From Acidobacteriota bacterium (GTDB taxonomy: Bacteria; Acidobacteriota; UBA6911; RPQK01; JAJDTT01): a stretch of 64,000 bases of DNA. The stretch covers positions 3,424,001-3,488,000 of the forward strand of contig OZ242374.1 in assembly GCA_965209055.1 (NCBI GenBank), in the 5' to 3' direction. Positions 47,005 through 56,399 of this stretch are shown here, piece after piece. How positions within the stretch are numbered: the first letter of the stretch is position 1; the number at the start of each line of letters is the position of its first letter. The notes beneath the pieces are model-generated. The model saw nothing but the letters and a program-made list of their open reading frames with translations. It did not search any database and was not told the origin of the DNA. The position numbers were made by a program, and so were the translations under genes.

Positions 47005-48948
47005 TCAACTCCCTGGCTGTTGCTTGTAGAAGTACTTCCGGACGATATGGCGGGACGGCGGTGGCGTCGCCTTGCTGACGGCGATGACCAGAAAGAAGGA
47101 GACGGCCAAACCCCAGATGATGGGGTCGAGCCCCAGGAGCCGGTAGGAGGAAAATCGGCCGTAGGCGAGATAGCCGGCCCCGTAGAGGGAGAGGTGGAAC
47201 AGAAACCCTCCCAACATCCCCGCCATGGCTCCCCAGGTGTTGACTCGAGGCCAATAGAGCCCCAGTGCGACGGGGGCCAGAAAGCACGAGGCGAGTCCGC
47301 TACCCGTGTAGACGATGATGTCTTGCAGAAATAAAGGCGGGTTCACCGCTCCCAGCACCGCGGCGAAGCCGACTACGAAGGTGAAGACGTAGCTCATCCT
47401 CTTGATGGTCCGCTCCGGCGCCTGCGGATTGATGTTGCGTTGGTAGACGTCCCGAACCAGGGCGGAGGAGATGACCAGCAAAAAACTGTCTACCGTGGAC
47501 ATGACGGCGGCGAACGGGGCCGCCACCAGGATTCCGGCCATCCACGGCGCGCCGGCGAAGGCGCTGAGAAAGACGGCGACGGCCGGCATGATCCGGTCGG
47601 ACTCCAACTCCATGCCGGGCAGGAAGATGCGGGCGCAACAGAAGATGATCACCAGCGGGAAATAGATCAGGGAGTAGTAGATGGCGACGGTGAAGATGGA
47701 GCGCTTCAGGGTGCCGGAGCCCTTGAACGCCATCAGGCGAACCATGGTGCTGGGTTGGCCGGTTCCGGAGATGGCCCACATGAAGAAGAATGAGAAGGCC
47801 AGGCTCAAGGGAAGGAATCCCAGGTCGCTGTAGCGGTCCGGACCGGGTCCGCTGACGTACACTCCCGGACTATCGGCGCCATAACGATAGGGCTCGGTCG
47901 CGATTCGCTTGGCGCTGACGGAGGGTGGGGCCGCCGGAAGCGTTCCTTCCGCCAGCCGTTTCCGGATACTCTCCGCTTCTTCCTCCGAAACGATTTCCAC
48001 CACCTGAATCTCCGCGGCCCCGGTTGAGCCTCGGGAGATCACCGTTTCCTGGCTGGTTCGCAGAAGGCGCGGTTCCCCTCCATCGCCAGACGCGTTCAAC
48101 CAGACTCCCGAGCGGATGACGGTGTCCCGGGAGGCGGGCGCGGCCAGTTCCAGGTCGGCGACGCCCAGGCGGGGCGGGACCATGCGGCCGATACGCTGGG
48201 TTGCCGATTCGAGGCCGCCGACGGCAACGAGCGCCAACGGGAGCATGACCACCACGCCGGCCACCATGACCACACCCTGCATCACATCGGTCCAGACCAC
48301 CGCGTGAAAACCGCCGTACGTGGTGTAGAGGATCACGGCTACGGCGAAAGTCAACAGGCAGAGCAGATACCCTGGATCGACACCCTGAGTGAAGCTCAGA
48401 TCCTGGGTCGCGTCCGAGACCCAAAGGACACTGCTGCGGAAAAAGGGGACGTCCAGCAGCAAGGTCTTGAGGATCAGGCTCCCCGACTTGAACTGGGCCA
48501 CCAGGTTCACCGACATGAAAAAGATGATCATACCGGTGCAAAGCAGGCCGAACCCGGCGCTTTCAAACCGGTCCCGCAGGACGTCGGGGATGGTGATGGC
48601 CCCCGTCCTCCGGGCCAGCTGATTGATCCGTTTTCCCAGCAGGCCCATCCCGCAAATGGGCACCACGATGTAGCTGCCGATCCAGAGCCCGAGGATCCAA
48701 CCATGGGTGTAGATCTTGGAGGGGAAGCCGGTGAAGCTCCCTCCGGAGGCGCTGGTGGCGGCGAAGGTGAGAGCGAAGGCCCAGACTCCGAGACTCCGGC
48801 TCCCCAGGAAGTATTCGGAGAGAAAACTCTTGGTCCGGCGTAGGCGGTTGGACATCCAGGCCAGGAACAGGACGACCAAGGTGTAGATCAGGAACGTGAA
48901 CAGGGCCGCATTCGAGCCGTAGGAGGGGGAAGGCGCCAAATCGGTCAA
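47005..48948 (-). CDS. Sodium:solute symporter (PanF-like)
   Basis: EYFLG.R, SGGSF.G.P, YTT.GGF.AVVWTD, GQP....RLM, APFAAVMSTVDS; TTG start overlapping the DUF997 stop. Confidence 0.92.
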   Translation of the reverse strand: MTDLAPSPSYGSNAALFTFLIYTLVVLFLAWMSNRLRRTKSFLSEYFLGSRSLGVWAFALTFAATSASGGSFTGFPSKIYTHGWILGLWIGSYIVVPICGMGLLGKRINQLARRTGAITIPDVLRDRFESAGFGLLCTGMIIFFMSVNLVAQFKSGSLILKTLLLDVPFFRSSVLWVSDATQDLSFTQGVDPGYLLCLLTFAVAVILYTTYGGFHAVVWTDVMQGVVMVAGVVVMLPLALVAVGGLESATQRIGRMVPPRLGVADLELAAPASRDTVIRSGVWLNASGDGGEPRLLRTSQETVISRGSTGAAEIQVVEIVSEEEAESIRKRLAEGTLPAAPPSVSAKRIATEPYRYGADSPGVYVSGPGPDRYSDLGFLPLSLAFSFFFMWAISGTGQPSTMVRLMAFKGSGTLKRSIFTVAIYYSLIYFPLVIIFCCARIFLPGMELESDRIMPAVAVFLSAFAGAPWMAGILVAAPFAAVMSTVDSFLLVISSALVRDVYQRNINPQAPERTIKRMSYVFTFVVGFAAVLGAVNPPLFLQDIIVYTGSGLASCFLAPVALGLYWPRVNTWGAMAGMLGGFLFHLSLYGAGYLAYGRFSSYRLLGLDPIIWGLAVSFFLVIAVSKATPPPSRHIVRKYFYKQQPGS

Positions 48949-49286
48949 GACGCCGCCTCGCTCCGGATTCCCGCGGTTGCGGCCTCAACTCCGGCCCGAT
49001 CTTCCTCCAGATCGTCTTCGACAAAATAGAAGAAGCAAAACCAGGCCGTGAACAGGTCCGCGGCGATCCAGGGAATCAGGATGCCCCAGAAAAGCCAGGT
49101 CGGAACGCCAAAAGTGGTGCTGACCTCTCCCGGCGGCAGCCCGTATCCGTTCAGGTAGCAGTAAGGGACGGCCCACACCAGGCCCGCCGCCCACGCGCCG
49201 ACGATGAGGATGGCCTCCCGCCGGGAGTGGAGAAATACCGGGTCGTAACGTTCTTCGGGTGTGGAACTGATGCCGGCGGAATCCAT
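48945..49286 (-). CDS. DUF997/YhdT-family small membrane protein
   Basis: DP.F.HSRREA, G.P.WLFWG...PW, F.EDDL; upstream of a PanF-like symporter, as with yhdT-panF. Confidence 0.8.
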   Translation of the reverse strand: MDSAGISSTPEERYDPVFLHSRREAILIVGAWAAGLVWAVPYCYLNGYGLPPGEVSTTFGVPTWLFWGILIPWIAADLFTAWFCFFYFVEDDLEEDRAGVEAATAGIRSEAAS

Positions 49287-49331
49287 GTGCGGAGTGAAGC
49301 CTACTAATCCAGGGATTCAAGGGCAAGACGA

Positions 49332-49383
49332 GGAGCGGCGGCTTTCTTGCCGCCGAATGGGAACGGCGACATTCCTGTCGCCG
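49332..49383. repeat. REP-like palindrome doublet
   Basis: GGAGCGGCGGCTTTCTTGCCGCCG and GGAACGGCGACATTCCTGTCGCCG. Confidence 0.65.
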
Positions 49384-49447
49384 ATCTCCAGTGCAACAAC
49401 GCCGCGAAAGTCGGCAGTCGGAGAGGGTTTGCTAAACTGGAATCCCC

Positions 49448-50332
49448 ATGGCTCGCCGAAAACCCAATCTTGAAGTTTCCACCGGAAGAACAACTGGAGG
49501 AGCGTCGCCCGCGCAGATGGCCATTGGCGCCGTCCTCATCATTGCGCTCATGGCGGGCTTCTTTGTCTATCAGAGGTGGAAGCAGTTGGACGCCCTGGAG
49601 CGTCAAAACGCCCAGGTGACGCAGACGTTGACGAAGGTTCTCCAACGCCTGGAGCAGGTGGAGGAAAAGACTGGCCAAGCGCTGGATCGAGCCCAAGAGG
49701 CGGAACTCAGCGCCCTGGAGGCAGCCCGGGGAAGGGATGCAGCGGATTCGGCCCGCCGCCAGGCGGAGCGCGACCGGACTGAGGCTCGTCGACGGGCGGA
49801 AACTGCCCGGAAAGAAGCCGATCTTGCCCAAGAGGAGGCGAAAGCCGCCCGGGAGGAATCGGAGCGGATCCGCCGGGAACGTGAAGAGGAGCTGAATCGC
49901 CTCCACGAGGTCTTGAGCGGGATCGTCGAAACCCGCCGGACGGCTCTCGGCATGGTGATGAACCTGGGCAGCGACGCCGTCGAGTTCGATTTCGACAAGT
50001 CGACTCTACGCCCCGAGAACCGGGAGCTGCTGAGCCGGATCGCCGGCGTTCTCCTGACCTCCATGGGTTACCGGGTCCAGATCCACGGGCACACCGACGA
50101 CATCGGCAGCAACGAATACAACCAGAGGCTCTCGGAGCGGCGGGCCAAGGCAGTTCGTGACTACCTGGTGGATTCCGGAATCGATCCCGGCATCGTGAGC
50201 ACCAGAGGCCACGGAAAGACCAGGCCGTTGGCGCCGGGGACCACGCCCAGGGTCCGGGCGAAGAACCGGCGGGTCGAAATCGGGATCATCGACACGACCA
50301 TCAACTACGGACAGGTCGTCGCCGACCCCTGA
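49448..50332 (+). CDS. OmpA-family protein (TM anchor, coiled coil, peptidoglycan-binding domain)
   Basis: FDFDKS.L, GHTD..GS..YNQ.LSERRA..V..YL, G.GK..P, NRRVEI. Confidence 0.92.
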   Translation: MARRKPNLEVSTGRTTGGASPAQMAIGAVLIIALMAGFFVYQRWKQLDALERQNAQVTQTLTKVLQRLEQVEEKTGQALDRAQEAELSALEAARGRDAADSARRQAERDRTEARRRAETARKEADLAQEEAKAAREESERIRREREEELNRLHEVLSGIVETRRTALGMVMNLGSDAVEFDFDKSTLRPENRELLSRIAGVLLTSMGYRVQIHGHTDDIGSNEYNQRLSERRAKAVRDYLVDSGIDPGIVSTRGHGKTRPLAPGTTPRVRAKNRRVEIGIIDTTINYGQVVADP

Positions 50333-50791
50333 TCACTCGACCTCGAAAATGGCTTCCACCTCGACCGGGATGTTGCCGGGGAGGGACCCCATCCCTACGG
50401 CGCTGCGCGCGCCTTTGCCCGGGTCGCCGAAGACCTCCATCATGAGCTCGCTGAACCCGTTGATGACCTGTGGCTGCTCCCCGAAATCGGGTGTGGCGTT
50501 GACCATCCCCAGTACCTTCACCACCCGGACCACGCGGTCCAGGGATCCCAACGAACTCCGTACAGTGCTGAGGATGCACAGTCCGGTGACGCGCGCCGCC
50601 TCTTTGGCCTCCTCGGCGGTCAGTTCGACGCCCACCTTTCCGGTGATCTGGGTTCCGTCCGCCCGGTTGGGACCGTGACCGGAGACGAACAAAAGGTTGC
50701 CGACCTGGACGGCCGGCCGATAGATGGCCACCGGCTGGGGCGCGTCCGGAAGCTGGATGTTCAATTCTTCAAGTCGTTGTTCAGCTGTCAT
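50333..50791 (-). CDS. RidA/YjgF/YER057c/UK114 family protein
   Basis: LFVSGHGP, GKVG, VVKVLGMVN, P.VING.S, ARSAVG..SLP....VEVE; ATG 50791. Confidence 0.92.
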   Translation of the reverse strand: MTAEQRLEELNIQLPDAPQPVAIYRPAVQVGNLLFVSGHGPNRADGTQITGKVGVELTAEEAKEAARVTGLCILSTVRSSLGSLDRVVRVVKVLGMVNATPDFGEQPQVINGFSELMMEVFGDPGKGARSAVGMGSLPGNIPVEVEAIFEVE

Positions 50792-50958
50792 TGAATGCTC
50801 CTTGGAATTCGTGCGCGGCCGGGCGACATTCACCTTCTGCCCGGCAGTCGGAACCTCCACGCCGGCGGGAACCCATCCGGGAGGCCCGCAAAGGATACTC
50901 CGCCACGGCGGAGCTGATCAACCTGAGGAACGGAGGTCCGACTCGATCACATTGGCAT

Positions 50959-51549
50959 TCATTCTATGTCTCTGTGCCACACGCGAAATACGCGGCGGAG
51001 ACTCTCGACGAAGCGCCGAAAGGAAGTGTCCATTTGCGCAACGCGGTCAATATCCATGTGGCGGAGGATGTCATCGGCGTACTCGACTCCTCCGAGGTAA
51101 GGTAGACGGCCGGTTGCCCGTATGGCTTCGGTCAGAAGATTCTTGTAGCGATCACGACTGCACTTAAGGTCTGGCGCGCTGCAACCGCGACCGAAAACGA
51201 CTTTGAAGGCGGCGCTGTCCAACAACAACCAGCGTTCGATATGTGGATCTGGAATGGCAAGTATGGTGGTTACGGGGATGTCAGGGATTCGAATCGTCCT
51301 GGTGCGTTCGTGAAGTCCTTGGCAATTCGCGTCGGTGGCGAGGATGATCAGACTCGGCCAGGGTTTGCCGTGGCGCCTCAGATCACGCATGTAGCCATCA
51401 AGCTCCGAGTTGACTCTGGCATGACCTCCTATCGCATTTCGCCATTGGAGTCGTATCTCAATGCTGAATTCCCCGGCGATTCGATTCAGTAGTGCACCGA
51501 TGACCTGTTTATGCGCGTGATCCTCGACAAAAAGTGAGATCTCACGCAT
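50959..51549 (-). CDS. DUF4276/RloB-like (TOPRIM-fold) protein
   Basis: N-terminal LFVED, hhhhTDAN, IE.WLL.D, C-terminal SF..F; start overlaps the ATPase stop. Confidence 0.7.
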   Translation of the reverse strand: MREISLFVEDHAHKQVIGALLNRIAGEFSIEIRLQWRNAIGGHARVNSELDGYMRDLRRHGKPWPSLIILATDANCQGLHERTRTIRIPDIPVTTILAIPDPHIERWLLLDSAAFKVVFGRGCSAPDLKCSRDRYKNLLTEAIRATGRLPYLGGVEYADDILRHMDIDRVAQMDTSFRRFVESLRRVFRVWHRDIE

Positions 51550-52852
51550 CGAAGTCCCCTCTCAGGATGCGCTGAGAAATGGGAAGTCCCTCCCGGCTGT
51601 CGTCGAAGGCCTCGTCGATATCACGGCGCTGCCACAGCGGACCCCATGTCGAAAACGGATCGATCCGGGTGATACGGTCCTTTCGGCGCACTACGAACAA
51701 TGACTTGCCCCCCACCTGATCGGGCAGGATCGGTGAGTGGGTCGTGACGATGTACTGGGAGTTCCTCAAGTTCTCCTGTGTCTTCAGAAATTCCGCGATC
51801 AACTGGACACGGCGCGGGTGAACGCCATTTTCCGGTTCCTCGAACCCAACTAGGGCTGGAGGCTCCTTGACTCCGGTCAGCGCCAAGAGGCCAAGCATTC
51901 GAAGCGTACCTTCTGAGAGAACTCGGGCGGGAATGGCGACGCCGCCCTCCCTGAGTCGAAGCTCGACCTCACCGAGATCGCTCACCTCGATTTCGATGCC
52001 CTCGATGTTTGGCATCAGTGCGTGGAGCGCTTTCTCGACGGCCTCGAACTGATTGGGGTCGACTGACTTCAGCGTGTTGAGGAAGGAGGCGAGTTCCTCA
52101 CCCATCAGACCAATGTGGCGCACGTCCTTGACCGGGTTGGCCGCGCGCATGCGTTCTCGCGGCTCAAAGTAAAAGAACAACCAGTTTTCCAGTTCGCGCC
52201 GCGCCGCCACCAAGTGCGGATAGTGTGGCGGGTAGTGGGGCATGGAAAGGATGCTGTAGTCCAAGAAGCGATCGTAGTAAGTGGGGTGTGCCTGCCGTTC
52301 CAGCCGCAGGTGGATCTTCTCTCCTTGGCGTTCGATGAAGGGCTTGCGCCTGCGGGTGGGTTCTCCATTGGCATTCAAGGCGGCCAGATATTCGTCGGAT
52401 ACCCGCAAGATTCCCGATCGGGGTAGCATCTCGATCTCGAGACGGTAGCGGAGGTCGCGTTCCCTCACGCGTGCGTGCACCTTGGATTTGCGTTGAGTCC
52501 CGGCGATCCCGCTGGGACGACGCATTTCCCGGATCTGCCGATCGACAGTCTCGACGATGGCGTCCGACAGATGCAGATCGGCCTCGATGCAAAACGAGAG
52601 CATTTCCTGTTCGAGCAACCCTTTAATTCCCTTCTTACCGATTGTGAAGGACTCCAATGGTTTGCCCCGATAGGGCGGATCAAATGCATCTTTCAGGGTC
52701 CTGCTGGTTCCCAGCTTCGACAGTAGCTGCAAGGCGTCCAGGAAATTGCTTTTGCCGGCGGCATTCGGACCAAACAGGACGGTGAGAGGTTCCAAATTCA
52801 CTTCGATGTTGGTGAGCGACTTGTATCCGTCGATATGAATTCGCTTCAGCAT
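51542..52852 (-). CDS. ABC-type AAA ATPase (AAA_21/AAA_15-like)
   Basis: MLKRIHI.GYKSL, Walker A GPNAAGKS, LSEGTLR, Walker B FEEPENGVHP, TTHSP; ATG 52852. Confidence 0.9.
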   Translation of the reverse strand: MLKRIHIDGYKSLTNIEVNLEPLTVLFGPNAAGKSNFLDALQLLSKLGTSRTLKDAFDPPYRGKPLESFTIGKKGIKGLLEQEMLSFCIEADLHLSDAIVETVDRQIREMRRPSGIAGTQRKSKVHARVRERDLRYRLEIEMLPRSGILRVSDEYLAALNANGEPTRRRKPFIERQGEKIHLRLERQAHPTYYDRFLDYSILSMPHYPPHYPHLVAARRELENWLFFYFEPRERMRAANPVKDVRHIGLMGEELASFLNTLKSVDPNQFEAVEKALHALMPNIEGIEIEVSDLGEVELRLREGGVAIPARVLSEGTLRMLGLLALTGVKEPPALVGFEEPENGVHPRRVQLIAEFLKTQENLRNSQYIVTTHSPILPDQVGGKSLFVVRRKDRITRIDPFSTWGPLWQRRDIDEAFDDSREGLPISQRILRGDFDA

Positions 52853-52966
52853 TCGACGTCTCCCAAGCTTACATTGAGGCGCAACAGACCAGGAATCGAG
52901 AATACCGGGCCGGACCGACCAACGGGCCGATTGACCGGTTTTGTTGGGCTCGATCAACTCCAATTC

Positions 52967-53001
52967 TCTCACTTCTGACCTCATATTTCTCACTTCTCGT
53001 C
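52967..53001. repeat. Degenerate heptamer tandem repeat (5 units)
   Basis: TCTCACT TCTGACC TCATATT TCTCACT TCTCGTC. Confidence 0.55.
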
Positions 53002-53155
53002 TTCCCTTGACTTGAGCCGGGGCCTGGTTCAATCTTCCGCAGGACGGACCGAATATCGAATTCCGGCCGTGTGCGGCGCACCATGGACCGTGGGCGCCCG
53101 GCGTCGCCCGGAACGGCGCGAACGCCCTGAACTGGATGATCGACGCGGCCAGATC

Positions 53156-54442
53156 ATGACCTCTACCTTCCGAATTGCTGTCGACATGCCGCCGTTCCTC
53201 GCCGATCTCGAGTCCCGGGGCCTCGTCTCACAGAAGACCGTAGAGTTGACCGACCGGGTTCTCTCCAAGTCGTTGCCGCCCCTGTACGTCGGCTATGACC
53301 CCAGCGCCGGCAGCCTGCACGCGGGCAGCCTGATCCCGCTTCTGGGGATGGACCGCTACAAGCGTCGAGGGGGTCAGATCATCGTGTTGCTGGGCGGGGC
53401 GACGGGCCTCATCGGCGACCCTTCGGGCAAGGACCGCGAGCGCACGCTGGAGACCCGCGAAGTGATCGATCGGCGCATCGGACGGTTGAAACGCCAAACC
53501 TCCGAGTTCTTCGCCCGAACCGAGGGTCCCGATCCCATCTTCGTCAACAACGCCGACTGGTACCGGGACATGCACGTCATCGCCTTCCTGCGCGACGTGG
53601 GCAAGAATTTCTCGGTCAATCAGATGCTGACCCGGGATTCGGTGCGCACGCGGATCGAGAATCGGGAACAGGGAATCTCCTTCACCGAGTTCTCCTACCA
53701 GCTCCTGCAGTCCTATGATTTCCTGCACCTTTACCGGGAATACGGCTGCGGGATCCAGATGGGGGCCTCGGACCAGTGGGGGAATATCGTATCCGGAGTC
53801 GATCTGGTGCGGCGTGCCGCGGGAGCGACGGTCTATGGGCTCACCTTCCCCCTGCTGACCAACTCGGAGGGGAAGAAATACGGCAAGTCGGAAAAGGGCG
53901 CCGTCTGGCTCGACCCGGACCGGACCAGTCCCTACGAGTTCTACCAGTTCTGGTTGAACTCCACCGACGACGACATCGGAGGCTTCCTTCGCTGGCTGAC
54001 CGATCTGTCCAGCGATGAGATCGAGACTTTGGCGGCGGCTCCACCGCACGAACGGCGGCCTCAGAAGGCTCTGGCCGAGGCGCTCACCATCCGGGTGCAT
54101 GGGCCGCGGGACACCGAGACCGCCGAGCGGGCCAGCCGGGTCATCTTCTCCGGCAGGGCGGCCGACATGGACTCCGCCGTCGCCGACATGGTGGCTCGAT
54201 CAGTGCCCACCCTGACCGCCAGTGCCGACCTCTCCTGTCCGGTCGTGGACGCCATGGTCCGGGTCGGAGCGGCTCCTTCCAAAGCAGGCGCGAGGCGTCT
54301 GGTGAAGCAAAATGCGGTCGCCGTCAACGGAACCAGGATCGCTGACGCCAACGAGGACCTGCTTCCGCACCGCGCCCGGGCCGGCGTGGTCGTCCTGTCG
54401 GTCGGCAAGTCCAAGCGTTATCTTGTTCGGTTTGGTCTATAG
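53156..54442 (+). CDS. tyrS: Tyrosine--tRNA ligase
   Basis: LYVGYDP.A.SLHAGS (HIGH variant), GGATG.IGDPSGK, SFTEFSYQLLQ.YDF, G.SDQWGNI, KYGKS (KMSKS variant), TSPY.FYQFW, C-terminal S4 domain. Confidence 0.96.
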   Translation: MTSTFRIAVDMPPFLADLESRGLVSQKTVELTDRVLSKSLPPLYVGYDPSAGSLHAGSLIPLLGMDRYKRRGGQIIVLLGGATGLIGDPSGKDRERTLETREVIDRRIGRLKRQTSEFFARTEGPDPIFVNNADWYRDMHVIAFLRDVGKNFSVNQMLTRDSVRTRIENREQGISFTEFSYQLLQSYDFLHLYREYGCGIQMGASDQWGNIVSGVDLVRRAAGATVYGLTFPLLTNSEGKKYGKSEKGAVWLDPDRTSPYEFYQFWLNSTDDDIGGFLRWLTDLSSDEIETLAAAPPHERRPQKALAEALTIRVHGPRDTETAERASRVIFSGRAADMDSAVADMVARSVPTLTASADLSCPVVDAMVRVGAAPSKAGARRLVKQNAVAVNGTRIADANEDLLPHRARAGVVVLSVGKSKRYLVRFGL

Positions 54443-54468
54443 TAGTCCGTCGTGAAAGTCCCTCCTCT

Positions 54469-54534
54469 ATCGACCTGCTCTTGGAAGCTGGCGCGGACCC
54501 TCGGCTTGAAAACGAATTCGGTGAGGTTCCATTA
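54469..54534 (+). pseudogene. Ankyrin-repeat fragment
   Basis: IDLLLEAGADPRLENEFGEVPL matches the ankyrin consensus LL..GAD.N.....G.TPL; no intact gene around it. Confidence 0.45.
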
Positions 54535-54592
54535 TTCTTTGTCCGGTGGGTATTGGCGCAGAAACCTCTGAGCCGCCCATGGGAAACTCTGA

Positions 54593-54865
54593 GGGTTAAT
54601 CACCAGCGCTTGGTTGGAAGCCGGCTACAAAACGGCGAACGTCGACATGCAGGGACGCAAACTCGAATTCCAAAAGTTCTTGTTGGATGGTCCGTCATCA
54701 GGGATTGGTGACGGTCGTCAAGTTCAAAATGGCGCCGGAGGCTCCATGGCGGGCGACAGCTTCGTTTTCTCGCTCGTATTCGGTGCGCTCCGAGGCACCG
54801 TCACGGTTACGCCCGGCACGGACCTGACTTCTCCTGTCGGAGAAGAATGGGATGCCGCGCGGTAG
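54593..54865 (+). pseudogene. 5'-truncated antitoxin-like gene remnant
   Basis: AWLEAGYKT..VDM....L.F ... FGALRGTVTV.PGTDLT.P.GEEWDA, bounded upstream by an in-frame TGA at 54590. Confidence 0.45.
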
Positions 54866-55012
54866 ACGACTATGACCGTACTTCCCGATACGGTAAGCAA
54901 ACACTCCCGCTAACCAGGCGTCAATTGCGACGCGGAGCCGGATGGCGGTAGAATTCCGGCTTCGATAGTGTCCGGGGACGGTCCGACCTCGAATCAGGGA
55001 TTGGAGGACACC

Positions 55013-56350
55013 ATGTCAGGTTCAACAAGGCGCAGCTTCATCCAAGGCGGTGCCGCCGCCACGGCCGCCCTGTCGGGCGGATGGCCGTCCGTCCTGCAGG
55101 GCAGCGACGACCGGTTGGTCCGTCTCGGCTTCATCGGGATGGGCGGCAGGGGCACCCACCTGCTGAAGCTGGTTCTGGCCAGGAAAGACACTCAGGTGAA
55201 CGCCGTCTGCGACCTCCGTGCCGAGGCGGCCAACCGGGCCGCGGCCCTGGTGCGGGAGTCGGGGCGCGAAGATCCGGGAGTCTATGCCGGGGAAGATGAC
55301 GATTTCCAGGAACTTCTGGCGCGGGAGGACCTGGACGCCGTCGTCGTCGCGACACCCTGGCGCTGGCACACTCCCATGTCCGTGGCGGCCATGAGGGCGG
55401 GCAAGGCGGTGGCGGTGGAGGTGCCGGCGGCCGTGACCTTGCAGGAGTGCTGGGATCTGGTCAACACTTCCGAAGCCACGAAAAAGCCTTGCATGATGCT
55501 GGAGAACGTCTGCTACCGGCGGGACGTCATGGCGGCTCTGAAGATGGTCCGGGACGGACTCTTCGGAGAGCTCATCCACTGCCAGTGCGGTTACCAGCAC
55601 GACCTGCGGGCGGTGAAGTTCAATCCCGGGGCCAAGTTCGGACCCGGCTCCAAAGGCGAAGCCAACTGGAGGACGCAGCACTCGATTCAGCGCAATGGCG
55701 ACGTCTACCCGACTCACGGCGCCGGTCCCATGGCCAACTGCCTGGACATCGACCGGGGGAACCGGTTCGTGACCCTCACCTCGACGGCCACCAAGGCGCG
55801 AGGGCTTCACGATTACGTCGTCCGCCAAGGGGGCGCGGACCATCCCAACGCCAAGATCCAGTGGGCTCTGGGCGACGTGGTGACATCGGTGATCAAGTGC
55901 GCCCGGGGAGAGACTCTCCTGGTCAGCCACGACACCAACCTGCCGCGGCCCTATTCCCTGAACTTCCGGGTGCAGGGAACCGGGGGTATCTGGATGAGCG
56001 ACAACAAGTCGATCTACATCGAAGACCTCAGTCCCAAATCGCACCGGTGGGAACCCTTCGAGAAGTACCAGAAGGAGCATGACCACCCCCTCTGGAAACG
56101 TTTCGGCGAGGAAGCTGCCGGGTCCGGACACGGCGGCATGGATTTCTTCGTCATCAACGGTTTCGTGGAAGCGCTGAAACGGGGACTGCCCACCCCCATC
56201 GACGTCTACGAGTCAGCTTCATGGAGCGCCATCGGTCCTCTGTCCGAGCGCTCCATCGCACGGGGAAGCGCTCCCGTCTTCTTTCCCGACTTCACCCGGG
56301 GACAGTGGGTCGTGTCCGAACCGACCTTCGGCCTGAATGACCAGTTTTAG
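55013..56350 (+). CDS. Gfo/Idh/MocA oxidoreductase, GH109 alpha-N-acetylgalactosaminidase-like (Tat signal)
   Basis: TRRSFI, GMGGRG, EVPAA, MMLENVCY, Y.HDLR, NGD.YPTHG, HDT.LPRPYS, GHGGMD. Confidence 0.88.
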   Translation: MSGSTRRSFIQGGAAATAALSGGWPSVLQGSDDRLVRLGFIGMGGRGTHLLKLVLARKDTQVNAVCDLRAEAANRAAALVRESGREDPGVYAGEDDDFQELLAREDLDAVVVATPWRWHTPMSVAAMRAGKAVAVEVPAAVTLQECWDLVNTSEATKKPCMMLENVCYRRDVMAALKMVRDGLFGELIHCQCGYQHDLRAVKFNPGAKFGPGSKGEANWRTQHSIQRNGDVYPTHGAGPMANCLDIDRGNRFVTLTSTATKARGLHDYVVRQGGADHPNAKIQWALGDVVTSVIKCARGETLLVSHDTNLPRPYSLNFRVQGTGGIWMSDNKSIYIEDLSPKSHRWEPFEKYQKEHDHPLWKRFGEEAAGSGHGGMDFFVINGFVEALKRGLPTPIDVYESASWSAIGPLSERSIARGSAPVFFPDFTRGQWVVSEPTFGLNDQF

Positions 56351-56399
56351 CCCTAGTCTCTCCCCGGGCACATAGCCTCCCGGCCGGAGCTCGGAAGAT

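Noticed and set aside
53012-53155. T-box riboswitch upstream of tyrS
   Set aside because: No T-box consensus (GGTGGNACC) or terminator/antiterminator is visible, and the leader is short.
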